Origin: a virus
Length of the DNA: 64,000 nt
IMG/VR virus record: IMGVR_UViG_3300027833_000013
Location: 96,001-160,000 of that record
Direction: 5' to 3' (one strand)
The position numbers and the translations under genes are program-made. A model generated the notes under the pieces. That model made no database searches. It was not told where the DNA came from and worked only from the letters and a program-made list of their open reading frames with translations. This document shows, piece by piece, positions 40,126-49,415 of the stretch (position 1 is the stretch's first letter; each line of letters starts with the position of its first letter).

Positions 40126-40736
40126 TAAGCAACGAATCGCCCTTATTAGATGGATGGATTTCTCAAGAAGAATGTGACCTAGTTTTAAAATATATGAAAC
40201 TAGACACTGGGACTATTTTAGAAACAGGCTCTGCAATTGGAAGATTGTTTGATTACTTGTACCCAAAAAAACCTAATTGGAAATATGTAAGTGTTGACCC
40301 TCTTTCAATTAAGGAAGTACATAGACAGCTAGATTATAATAAAAGATATTGGGATGAAGGTAATCACGGAGAACGAATTACTCCGGAGCACTTACAAAAT
40401 AATATTCCATTTGCTGAATACCACGATAAGACTTTTGAAAATTTTAAAACAAAGAAAAAATTTGATATTATTAGTATGGGAATGAGCAACCCAGAGATAA
40501 ATTGGCATGCTGTATACGCCAAAGCGGTAACTATGTTAACTCCAACAGGTGTCATCATAGGCCGACAGCTTTACAATGATACCATGCAAAATCCGTTAAC
40601 TATTAGACAATCAATTAAACCGTATGTTCACTTAGAAGCACCTGTGTGCGGATCATTTGTAATAAATGGCACTAAATGGACTGACTTAAATAACGATGAA
40701 TTTATATATCAGCGTCAAATTAGGATTTTAAAATAA
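40122..40736 (+). CDS. Class I SAM-dependent methyltransferase, paralog of 38664
   Basis: GWISQEE, ILETGSAIGRLF, SVDP, FDIISMG, LTPTGVIIGR. Confidence 0.75.
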   Translation: MISNESPLLDGWISQEECDLVLKYMKLDTGTILETGSAIGRLFDYLYPKKPNWKYVSVDPLSIKEVHRQLDYNKRYWDEGNHGERITPEHLQNNIPFAEYHDKTFENFKTKKKFDIISMGMSNPEINWHAVYAKAVTMLTPTGVIIGRQLYNDTMQNPLTIRQSIKPYVHLEAPVCGSFVINGTKWTDLNNDEFIYQRQIRILK

Positions 40737-41410
40737 TGCAGTACGGAACTTATAGCCATGAGTTAAATGTTGACCAATATAATACTAACGCTCAAGCATT
40801 ATTTAAAAGCAACAATATAAAATATACTGGTGCAAAAAACTTTAACTATTTTATTGATGTCCCTAATGATGTAAATAAAACTTTGTCTAATTATTTTTCA
40901 GATAAGTTAGGACACTTTGATTGGGCGTTTCAGTACTTTCATAGCGGAGAACCTGCAGGTTTACATACAGATTATACAGTAGTACCTTGGGACGATAAAG
41001 TAGAATGTCGTGTTGATGTTGGTGTAATAGTTCCTTTAGAATGGAATTGTAAACAACCGTATACTATAAATTATAATAGAGTTGAAGAACAGCCTCGCAA
41101 AGTAGTATATCGTAAAGGAGAAATGCGATACACTGACAACGACGAAATAGTAGAATATAGAACAGACAGTATATTAGATGACGAAGTACTAAAATACAAT
41201 CCAAAAGGTACAGAATATTATAAGCTATATCAAGACTTAAAAGTGCATAGTGTTTATGAATGGAAGCTAGGTACAGCAATGGTATTTGATACTAGCAGGT
41301 GGCATAGTAGTAGTTGGTTTCTAACAGATAACAAATTGCCTGATGTTTCAACAGAATACAAACGAGCTATCATTGGATTTGGATCAACCGATGTACAAAA
41401 AGGAAAATAA
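40736..41410 (+). CDS. 2OG-Fe(II) dioxygenase-like protein
   Basis: HTD...FDTSRWHSS...KR (HxD...H...R pattern). Confidence 0.6.
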   Translation: MQYGTYSHELNVDQYNTNAQALFKSNNIKYTGAKNFNYFIDVPNDVNKTLSNYFSDKLGHFDWAFQYFHSGEPAGLHTDYTVVPWDDKVECRVDVGVIVPLEWNCKQPYTINYNRVEEQPRKVVYRKGEMRYTDNDEIVEYRTDSILDDEVLKYNPKGTEYYKLYQDLKVHSVYEWKLGTAMVFDTSRWHSSSWFLTDNKLPDVSTEYKRAIIGFGSTDVQKGK

Positions 41411-42597
41411 TGTTTACAGCAATTAACCACAGTCGTAAAGAAGAATTTAGCGTGGTGTGGGACCTTGGCCGCAGATGCACTTATGCATGTAGTTATTGCG
41501 GCCCACACCACAGTAACAAAACCAGCCCATTAGCTGATATAGACAAACTTAAACATACACTAGACGGAGTTGTTGAATATGCACAGCTAATGGACTTGTA
41601 TAGAAAAGAACCACTTACTCTAGATATAGCTTATACAGGCGGCGAACCAACAATACATCCTGCATTTTTTGAATTTGTAAGATATGCAAAAAATACATAT
41701 CCGTTTGTAAGATCTAATATCACAACAAACGGATGCTATACAGAGAAAAAATGTAGAGAAATAATGGATTGTGTAAACAGTACTACAGTAAGTTACCATG
41801 CAGAAGGAACTCCAGAACAAAAAAAATTAGTAATAGCAAACATAAAGTTAATGCACGAAAGTGATTATAATTTTAGAATTAATCATATGTTCCACAAAGA
41901 TTACTTTGACGAATGTATTGAATTAGCAGAATGGTTTGACGAACTAGGTATAAAATACACTAGTAGGCCTATAGGTGATAGTAACAAAAAAGAAGATATA
42001 GCCACCGGCCAAGCACACGAGTATACTCCTAAACAATTAGAATATTTTAAGAATCAATGGACACAGAAACCAAAGCCAAAGACAAATTTAATACCTACAA
42101 CGACTGTAATACAAATGGCAGAAAAGAAAACATCGCTTGAAACTATTGGTAGACCTTGTTGTAATGGTAAATGTTTAAGCATTAAAGTTGATGATAAATG
42201 GACTAAAGATTTTAGAGTACCAACAACTAATTTTAAAGGCTGGAACTGTATGGTTAACTGGGACTTCCTTTTTATCAATAGTGAACTAGACGGGGTTTGG
42301 CATCATCAAACTTGTCAAGTTAACATGGATGGTCAAATTGGGCCAATTGGAAAAGCAAGCGAGTTTGGCCCAATAATTGATAAGTTACGTACAACACTAC
42401 GTAGCGGCAAAATGCCTGTTATTAGATGTCCCAAGATGCATTGTGGTTGCGGCCTTTGTAGTCCTAAAGCATTAAATGATGAAGATGCTAAAGAAATTTT
42501 TGATAGTCGTACTAAGCATTTAGAGCCAGTATTCCAAGATGGCATAAAAGATATTAGCAATGATAAAACTGTATATAGAATGTTTAAGGAAATTTAA
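41410..42597 (+). CDS. Radical SAM enzyme with Cys-rich C-terminus
   Basis: CTYACSYC, TGGEPT, PCCNGKC, FKGWNC..TC..CPKMHCGCGLC. Confidence 0.92.
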   Translation: MFTAINHSRKEEFSVVWDLGRRCTYACSYCGPHHSNKTSPLADIDKLKHTLDGVVEYAQLMDLYRKEPLTLDIAYTGGEPTIHPAFFEFVRYAKNTYPFVRSNITTNGCYTEKKCREIMDCVNSTTVSYHAEGTPEQKKLVIANIKLMHESDYNFRINHMFHKDYFDECIELAEWFDELGIKYTSRPIGDSNKKEDIATGQAHEYTPKQLEYFKNQWTQKPKPKTNLIPTTTVIQMAEKKTSLETIGRPCCNGKCLSIKVDDKWTKDFRVPTTNFKGWNCMVNWDFLFINSELDGVWHHQTCQVNMDGQIGPIGKASEFGPIIDKLRTTLRSGKMPVIRCPKMHCGCGLCSPKALNDEDAKEIFDSRTKHLEPVFQDGIKDISNDKTVYRMFKEI

Positions 42598-43260
42598 ATG
42601 AAATTGCTGCCTCTAGAAAAACAAATACGAAGTAGAAAAACATATTATAGTTTTTTAGATAAACCTGTGTCACAGGATAAGATAGATATATTACTTAGAA
42701 ATGCAGACGGAGCTACTCCTGCATTGTGCGATCAGTATGACTATAGAGTAGATATATGGCCTGATCACCTTAAACAGATTTTATTCAAAACATCTATATT
42801 AGATATAACACAGGAAGAAAGTGCTGTACATAAAAAGGCAATAAAGCTCTTTGAACAAACTGGATCTTGGAAAAGCCTTAAACAGAAATATGGTGATAGG
42901 ATATGTGTAAATCCTCAAGTGTTTGCCCCAGTAGTTCTTGCGTTTTCTCAACCACACGACCCCAAACATGATTTCATGCACGAGGCAACTACTAATGCAA
43001 TGGCATTTCAAATGTGGCATTTAGTCCAATTAAGCCAAGATTTAGGTTTAGATCATGCATTTTGTAGAGGATTCGATACCCGTGCTTTAAAAGAACAAAT
43101 ACAAGTAAGTAGGTATAAAGGTCCTAACGTAGGTTACTACTTTCCGCATGTGTTCTTATGTATAGGTTACGGTGATCTTGCTAAACACAATGTCCCACGC
43201 CCTAAGCCCGGCAAAGGTATATTAAACACCCTAAGGTTTAAAGCAAATGAAAATAGATAA
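42598..43260 (+). CDS. Nitroreductase-like flavoprotein
   Basis: IRSRKTYYSFLDKPV..I..LL, APVVL, LGLDHAF, LCIGY. Confidence 0.6.
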   Translation: MKLLPLEKQIRSRKTYYSFLDKPVSQDKIDILLRNADGATPALCDQYDYRVDIWPDHLKQILFKTSILDITQEESAVHKKAIKLFEQTGSWKSLKQKYGDRICVNPQVFAPVVLAFSQPHDPKHDFMHEATTNAMAFQMWHLVQLSQDLGLDHAFCRGFDTRALKEQIQVSRYKGPNVGYYFPHVFLCIGYGDLAKHNVPRPKPGKGILNTLRFKANENR

Positions 43261-43870
43261 TGTAACAGCAAGTTCTATAGCAGAGCAATGTCAGCGTAAC
43301 TGGAATCAAAACAAAAAAGTTAGTGATGAACACATTAACGAAATTATTCAAGTTGCAACTAATATGCCAACCAAGCAAAATAGAGAATATTATCAATTAG
43401 TAGTAAGTACTGATCTAGAGTTAAATAGACAACTATACTCTGTTGCTATAGACGATAGCAACCTAGGATTTAAAAAACAATTTCACAGGAATGGACAAGT
43501 TCTTGCACCATTATTATTACTATGGTTTTCTACAAAACCTATTGAGGATAAATTTAATGATGACTTTACAGAACAATTTCAAATCTCAATAGGTATTTCA
43601 TCAGGTGCGGCAGCATTACATGCAACAAGTTTAGGATATAAAACTGGGTTCTGTTGTTGTATGAAATGGAAAACTGCCCGTCAGTTATTGAAAGCAAAAG
43701 GAGTATACCTTTCAAGTCAATTAGTTGGTCATGGATTGGCGCTAGGTATTGGTTTCCCTAGTACTGATCATAGAGGAGATGTTGTAGTTGATAAAAAGAT
43801 TAGATTAACATTAGAAAATGACGGCATTGAATGTGGCATTGAAAAAGATATTATGGTACATAAGGTATGA
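43247..43870 (+). CDS. Nitroreductase-like flavoprotein
   Basis: CQRNW..KVSDEHI..PTKQN, APLLL, ATSLGYKTGF, LGIGFP. Confidence 0.65.
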   Translation: MKIDNVTASSIAEQCQRNWNQNKKVSDEHINEIIQVATNMPTKQNREYYQLVVSTDLELNRQLYSVAIDDSNLGFKKQFHRNGQVLAPLLLLWFSTKPIEDKFNDDFTEQFQISIGISSGAAALHATSLGYKTGFCCCMKWKTARQLLKAKGVYLSSQLVGHGLALGIGFPSTDHRGDVVVDKKIRLTLENDGIECGIEKDIMVHKV

Positions 43871-44922
43871 GTTGGTTTGATACTACACAAATTGGAAGAA
43901 TACAATTAGAACTTACTAATTATTGTAATGCGTTCTGTCCTCAGTGTGATAGGGCAGAATTAATTTCTCAATATGATAAATGGACTAAACGTGCAACTAA
44001 TAACCTTAATAATAATCATATTACTTTACAAAATGTAAAAGACTGGTTTGGACGTTATAAATGGGATAATTTACAGTTTATAAACTACTGCGGTAATGTT
44101 GACGAGCCTACAATTAATCCTGAGATAATCGAAATAACAAAATGGTTTAATAATATTTTAGGAGACCGAAATATTGCTATTAATATAGCATCTAATGGCG
44201 GAACTAGGAACGAAGCATTTTGGCAGGAACTAGGAGAACTAAGTGCTGCCAATCCTAGAATTCGTGTAACATTTGGGATTGATGGATTAGAAGATACAAA
44301 TCATATATATAGAAAAAATGTTAACTGGGATATACTACAAAAAAACTTTAGAGCGTATATTGGCGCAGGCGGAAATGCAAGTTGGCAGTTTATTGTATTT
44401 GATCATAACAAGCATCAATTAGAAGAAATAAAACAACGATTAGATAGTGAAGGTTTTAAAGGATTAAAGTTATTACAATCTAATAGGTTAGATATACCAG
44501 GACAAAAAGAAGTAAACATTGTTAAAAAAGTTAAAGTTCCTAAGTGGTACGATACAACTAATGGTGATAACATGGCTGGCAAGTCTGTTAAAAATCTTAG
44601 AGATAAGGGAGAAACATTATCTTGTGTTAAGTGTCCTGCTAAACTTAAATCAAAAAATACAGCATTCCATGAAGAACACGGTAACATATATGTTAGTGCA
44701 TTGGGATACGTAACCCCTTGCTGTTGGATGGGGAACCCAACAGAATTAATTAAACTATGGGATAGTAATCCTAACACAGATCCTAAGTTACATAATTTAT
44801 ATAATACTAATTTAGATAATATTATAAATGGTAACTGGTGGACACATATTGATAGTCAAATGCAGGACTATAAATTATGTGTAATGAAATGTAAAGATCT
44901 ACAAGGAGATACGCACATATGA
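43867..44922 (+). CDS. Radical SAM enzyme, paralog of 32515
   Basis: CNAFCPQC, CGNVDEP, FGIDGLEDTNHIYR, PCCW..CVMKC. Confidence 0.9.
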   Translation: MSWFDTTQIGRIQLELTNYCNAFCPQCDRAELISQYDKWTKRATNNLNNNHITLQNVKDWFGRYKWDNLQFINYCGNVDEPTINPEIIEITKWFNNILGDRNIAINIASNGGTRNEAFWQELGELSAANPRIRVTFGIDGLEDTNHIYRKNVNWDILQKNFRAYIGAGGNASWQFIVFDHNKHQLEEIKQRLDSEGFKGLKLLQSNRLDIPGQKEVNIVKKVKVPKWYDTTNGDNMAGKSVKNLRDKGETLSCVKCPAKLKSKNTAFHEEHGNIYVSALGYVTPCCWMGNPTELIKLWDSNPNTDPKLHNLYNTNLDNIINGNWWTHIDSQMQDYKLCVMKCKDLQGDTHI

Positions 44923-45671
44923 AATATCCGACGTATTATTTTAACAAAAATTTTAAAAATGTTGCAGTTAAGTTATCAGGAGGAACCGATAGTAGTTTAC
45001 TTTATTATAAAATATGTAAATTTTACAAAGGCACAAATACCAACATATTTCCAATTACATTAGTATCTGATAAAAAGCCATTTTATAGAGATAGCACAAC
45101 TCGTATTACATTAATAGTAAAGGGGTTAACAGGAGTATCTCCTACACAACATATCTTTGTTGAAGGGCCACATTCAGAATACGAACAACTATTAAATAAT
45201 GCTGTTTTAAATTTTCATAAACAAAATAGATTAGATATAGTATACACTGGAATAACAATTAATCCACCATTAGAAAAACTTTCTAAAAGTTTAATGCGAT
45301 GGAATTATGAAAAATACGACAGTATGGAATATAATTATCCTTCAGTTAATCATTACAAAGATATAACAAAAGGATTTAATCATATAGAAAAAAGAGATAG
45401 CAAAAGAGATATAGAGTTAAATACAGAATCTGTTAGTATAGTTAATGGCACTACAGATTTATTATGTAATAATCCCTTTAGTGAGTGTAACAAAAAAGCT
45501 GTAGCTAACGAATATGCAAAACTAGATCTAATGGAAAGTTTATTTCCATTTACAATTTCTTGTGCAGATTATACAGACGAAACATATACAACTTTAGACG
45601 AACATCAACACTGTGAAAACAACTGTTTTCCTTGTATGGAACGTTATTGGGCATTTAGGAGATTTGTATAG
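44919..45671 (+). CDS. QueC-like PP-loop ATP pyrophosphatase, paralog of 31872
   Basis: LSGGTDS, YTGITINP, LFPFTISC..HCENNCFPCMER. Confidence 0.7.
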   Translation: MKYPTYYFNKNFKNVAVKLSGGTDSSLLYYKICKFYKGTNTNIFPITLVSDKKPFYRDSTTRITLIVKGLTGVSPTQHIFVEGPHSEYEQLLNNAVLNFHKQNRLDIVYTGITINPPLEKLSKSLMRWNYEKYDSMEYNYPSVNHYKDITKGFNHIEKRDSKRDIELNTESVSIVNGTTDLLCNNPFSECNKKAVANEYAKLDLMESLFPFTISCADYTDETYTTLDEHQHCENNCFPCMERYWAFRRFV

Positions 45672-46198
45672 TGCATGATATAGCCGATATTAAAAAATCT
45701 TTCCAGCAAGGAAATGCAGATCTTTCGTTTGAAATAGATGGGTTGCCCATTGCACTGGAAGAATGGTTTACTAGAATTTCTATTGATTTATCCGGCAGTG
45801 CCAATACTGCATTGTTAACGTACTTGCTAATGACAGAACTAACAAATCGAAAGCAAAATTGTGAAATACATCTACTTAACCATCGCAGATCAAATAGCAG
45901 TATGATAAAATGGCTAACAAATTATTATATTAACAATAAATTCCACTCAGTAGTAGTACACCAAGTTGTAAATGACAACGAGTATTGGCAGTATGCAAAA
46001 GAGAATTTTTTTATTAATATGCATTACAATGCATCTATAAGCGGTCGTAAAGAAGATTTAGATCGTTTTCGGTTTGTACACTATAAAAACCAAGAAGCAA
46101 GTCCGTTTTCTTATATAACCAAAGACTGGATAATTAAGCAATATATAGATCATGACATTATGGATTTACTTAATCATACCACCTGGGCAAAGGAATAA
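45671..46198 (+). CDS. Degenerate QueC-like PP-loop protein (175 aa)
   Basis: ISIDLSGSANTALL (altered SGGxDS), PFSYITKDWIIKQY..DLLNHT; stops before the Zn cysteines. Confidence 0.45.
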   Translation: MHDIADIKKSFQQGNADLSFEIDGLPIALEEWFTRISIDLSGSANTALLTYLLMTELTNRKQNCEIHLLNHRRSNSSMIKWLTNYYINNKFHSVVVHQVVNDNEYWQYAKENFFINMHYNASISGRKEDLDRFRFVHYKNQEASPFSYITKDWIIKQYIDHDIMDLLNHTTWAKE

Positions 46199-46199
46199 A

Positions 46200-47243
46200 A
46201 TGGAATATAACGGAAATGAAGTTTTAAGAGTTACAAATCCACATATATGCATTTCGTGGTTAATGGGTAATTGGTGTAATTTTAAATGTGCATATTGTTT
46301 TGATCATGCTAATTTAGGAACGCACTATCCGCCTGTAGTAGATGATACACTTATAAAAAATATTACTCATTTAGTAAAAGAAATACGTAAAGGCGATCCT
46401 GACAGACAAATACGATGGAACCTTACAGGAGGAGAGCCTACTGCACAAAAAGGTTTTGGAAAACTATTATCAGTTATGGCAGCCGCAGATGATAACAGTT
46501 ATGTGAGTGTAGTTACAAACGGAACAAGACCTATTGCTTGGTGGGAAAAAAATATACAGTATGTGCATCGGCTTATTGTTTCAGTACATCCTGAATCTGA
46601 TATTCAGCATACTATTAAATTACTAAAAGCAGTTAACGGAAAATGTCGCACTGTAACATTTAGTGTAATGCTAGGATCTCAAAATTTTGATGATGCGATT
46701 GCAAAATATAAATCTTTAATGTTTACAACTGCACCAGAGTACGGTCTTTGTAATGTAGTAATTAATACACTTAGGCGCACATCAAGAAATGATGCATTTA
46801 CTCCTTTAACACAGGAGCAACACGGCATAATAAAAAATTTAGTTGGAGAATATCTTGCTAAGAAAGATCGAAATACAACACCTCTAATAGAACAGCTACC
46901 AGAAGACCTTGTGCGTCGGACATTGATAACACCGCATACTATAGAAACTGAAGAAACCGGCGTTGAACGATTTTTTCCTGTGTCACAAAAAAATTCTTTA
47001 AAAGGAACATTTTCTGGCTATAAATGTTTAGCTCCGCAAGAATGGATTGAAATTGATGAGCGTGGAGAACTGGGCAGGTTATCGTGTAAGGCTCGTGTTG
47101 GTCCTAAGACTAATATTTTTGATCTAAATTTTGTTAAAGAATATAAAGCTCCAACACATGAGATGACTTGTCGTACTTGGATGCCTGAGTGTAACTGTAT
47201 TGGATTATTAGAAACTGGAAAATATTTACCATTGACTAACTAA
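46200..47243 (+). CDS. Radical SAM enzyme with C-terminal Cys cluster
   Basis: CNFKCAYC, TGGEPT, FSGYKC..SC..CRTWMPECNC. Likely start MEYNG at 46200. Confidence 0.9.
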   Translation: MEYNGNEVLRVTNPHICISWLMGNWCNFKCAYCFDHANLGTHYPPVVDDTLIKNITHLVKEIRKGDPDRQIRWNLTGGEPTAQKGFGKLLSVMAAADDNSYVSVVTNGTRPIAWWEKNIQYVHRLIVSVHPESDIQHTIKLLKAVNGKCRTVTFSVMLGSQNFDDAIAKYKSLMFTTAPEYGLCNVVINTLRRTSRNDAFTPLTQEQHGIIKNLVGEYLAKKDRNTTPLIEQLPEDLVRRTLITPHTIETEETGVERFFPVSQKNSLKGTFSGYKCLAPQEWIEIDERGELGRLSCKARVGPKTNIFDLNFVKEYKAPTHEMTCRTWMPECNCIGLLETGKYLPLTN

Positions 47244-47260
47244 ATAGAAGGTGCTATAAT
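47232..47260 (+). promoter_or_regulatory. Sigma70-type promoter, probably leaderless
   Basis: TTGACT (47232-37), 17 bp, TGcTATAAT (-10 at 47255-60); ATG 5 nt later at 47266. Confidence 0.75.
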
Positions 47261-47265
47261 AAATT

Positions 47266-48381
47266 ATGAATGAAGATTTAAAATGGTCAAATTATGATTT
47301 TACTAAAATCCCTCTTAATGAGATTGTCTCTGTGGGGCAACGCACTCTGCTTTATCGCGATCTATTTACTGTATCATGGCTCCTTGGAAGATTCTGTAAC
47401 TACAAATGTTCCTACTGTTGGCCTTATGCAAGATCAGATCGTAAAGACCACAGACCTACCGAGTTATGCTTGCGTACAGTGGATGAAATTAAACGTCAGG
47501 CCAGAGACAACGGCTTCAATTCTTTCCACTTCTCCTTGTCAGGAGGAGAGCCTACTTTCCATCCTGGATACTTGGATATATTAAAGCATCTTGCTGACGA
47601 TGTTGATAACACTAATTATACTAGTGTGCATATGACAACAAACATGTCACGTAATATAAAGTGGCACGAGGAATATGTAGAAGCAGTTAAGCCGTTTCAC
47701 CGTGCTAGTATAACTGCAAGTTTACACACAGAGCATGTAAACAGCATTGAGAAGATGCAAGACTTTGCAGATAAATTAATTTTCTGTCAAGAGCATGATG
47801 TACAGACTACTATTAATATGGTAATGGTACCAGACTGGTTTGAACGTGATTGGGAAAATGCATTGTTCTTTCACGAGCAAGGCATAAACGTAACACTAAA
47901 GCCTCAAAGTGACCCTACAGCAAGCCGAGTAGTAGACGGGTATACAAAGGACAACTTAAAACGTTTGTACAACGGTATGCCGCAACGTGCGTATACAGAA
48001 ACTATGCGTAAATGGGCAGGTCGTCCAAAGCCTACTTTTGAAATGCCTACAGATGTTGAAGGTAAAAACGATGCTAGTGTGCCTTGGCATATGCAAGTAG
48101 AGTTAAAAGATAAAGACGGTAAAAAGTACTACATGGACCAAGCAGAACGTTTTAATGCCTTTAATTTTAATAATTTCGAAGGATGGGCATGCAATGCCGG
48201 TTACAGCGGACTTATAATACGCGAGCCTGACGGTTCGGTAAAACGTAGTTATAGTTGCCATGATGCGCCACTAGGCAACATCGAAACAGGGTTCGAACTG
48301 TTTAAGACACCTAAAACTTGTATCACTAAGAGTTGCGTAAGTTCGGCTGATTCAAAGATACCTAAACGTAAAATTTTGTAA
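47266..48381 (+). CDS. Radical SAM enzyme with C-terminal Cys cluster
   Basis: CNYKCSYC, SGGEPT, FEGWACNAG..SC..CITKSC. Confidence 0.92.
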   Translation: MNEDLKWSNYDFTKIPLNEIVSVGQRTLLYRDLFTVSWLLGRFCNYKCSYCWPYARSDRKDHRPTELCLRTVDEIKRQARDNGFNSFHFSLSGGEPTFHPGYLDILKHLADDVDNTNYTSVHMTTNMSRNIKWHEEYVEAVKPFHRASITASLHTEHVNSIEKMQDFADKLIFCQEHDVQTTINMVMVPDWFERDWENALFFHEQGINVTLKPQSDPTASRVVDGYTKDNLKRLYNGMPQRAYTETMRKWAGRPKPTFEMPTDVEGKNDASVPWHMQVELKDKDGKKYYMDQAERFNAFNFNNFEGWACNAGYSGLIIREPDGSVKRSYSCHDAPLGNIETGFELFKTPKTCITKSCVSSADSKIPKRKIL

Positions 48382-49360
48382 TCATTATTTCTTCTGCTAC
48401 GTGACATTGTTCTTGTAAGCAAGTTGTTGTAGTGTCCTTAAATAAAGGAATGTTGTCTACAAAAATATTACCAATAGTTCCTTCATTACTGCATACACCG
48501 TGTTTCATCCTGCCGTCGGCTTCGATAAGTAATTTACGTTTTACAACCTCACACTGCCATCCTTTAAACTTATTCATTCCGTTTGCAATAAACTGTGATA
48601 TAGGCATCTTTTCAACACCGTGTTTAGTTTCTAGTAATACGTCAGGCAAATAATCTTGTGAATTATCTTCAAGTTGATTTAAATAAGAAAGTTCTTCTTT
48701 AGTAAAGTATCCATCATTGCCGATAGATTGCTTATACCCTTTTAAATACCTACTTGACTCATATGGTTGATTAAATGTTTTTGTTTCTTTATTGTATAAA
48801 GGAAATACCGGTAACTTTACAGTTGGGATATTGTGCTTTAATAACTCGTGTTCTAGTTGTTCTACTTTATGAAATAAGTTTTTTACAAGCATTGCTCTAA
48901 TTTCAACATCGCCGCCTGCCGCTTTAATCATTACAGCAAGGTTTACAATAGTCTCTATATCAGCAGACTCGGGATGAAAACTTATTTTCATTTCTAAATT
49001 TTTAAATGAGAATGTATCTCTACATTTTTCATACATCTTTATAGGCATGCTTCCGTTAGTAAACATCATAATATGAAAATTGTTATTAGACAGATATTTT
49101 AACCATTTATCAATATTAGGTATCAAGAATGGCTCACCTCCTGTAATAACAATCATTGTTTCTTTATCTAATGGAATTGCATTACGTAATTTTTTAGAAG
49201 CGTTAATTAATGCATCAATTGACGGAATTTTCTTCTTATTAATTGCTATATGATTGCTAGGACTACAATAGCTACAATCGTAATTACACATGTCAACAGG
49301 ACGCCATTGTACCGTGTAATCAGTATTCCATTTTTCTAGATATAATTTAGAGAAGTTCAT
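48362..49360 (-). CDS. Radical SAM enzyme (the only reverse-strand gene in the island)
   Basis: CNYDCSYC, TGGEP, FKGWQC..VC..CLQEQC. Start is MNFSK (49360) or MCMNF (49366). Confidence 0.9.
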   Translation of the reverse strand: MNFSKLYLEKWNTDYTVQWRPVDMCNYDCSYCSPSNHIAINKKKIPSIDALINASKKLRNAIPLDKETMIVITGGEPFLIPNIDKWLKYLSNNNFHIMMFTNGSMPIKMYEKCRDTFSFKNLEMKISFHPESADIETIVNLAVMIKAAGGDVEIRAMLVKNLFHKVEQLEHELLKHNIPTVKLPVFPLYNKETKTFNQPYESSRYLKGYKQSIGNDGYFTKEELSYLNQLEDNSQDYLPDVLLETKHGVEKMPISQFIANGMNKFKGWQCEVVKRKLLIEADGRMKHGVCSNEGTIGNIFVDNIPLFKDTTTTCLQEQCHVAEEIMITKFYV

Positions 49361-49365
49361 ACACA

Positions 49366-49410
49366 TAGTTATCCACCTTTATTGTTACACTTTGCTATAT
49401 GTGATAATTA
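49366..49410. promoter_or_regulatory. Back-to-back late-like promoter variants GATAACTA (-) and GATAATTA (+)
   Basis: Minus-strand GATAACTA at 49366-73 and plus-strand GATAATTA at 49403-10, each followed by exactly 5 nt then ATG. Confidence 0.5.
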
Positions 49411-49415
49411 TTAGT

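Noticed and set aside
31872-46198. Canonical 7-deazaguanine (preQ0/dG+) DNA-modification cluster
   Set aside because: Only divergent QueC-like proteins are present; folE, queD, a clear queE and dpdA/tgt were not found in this window, though they could lie elsewhere in the genome
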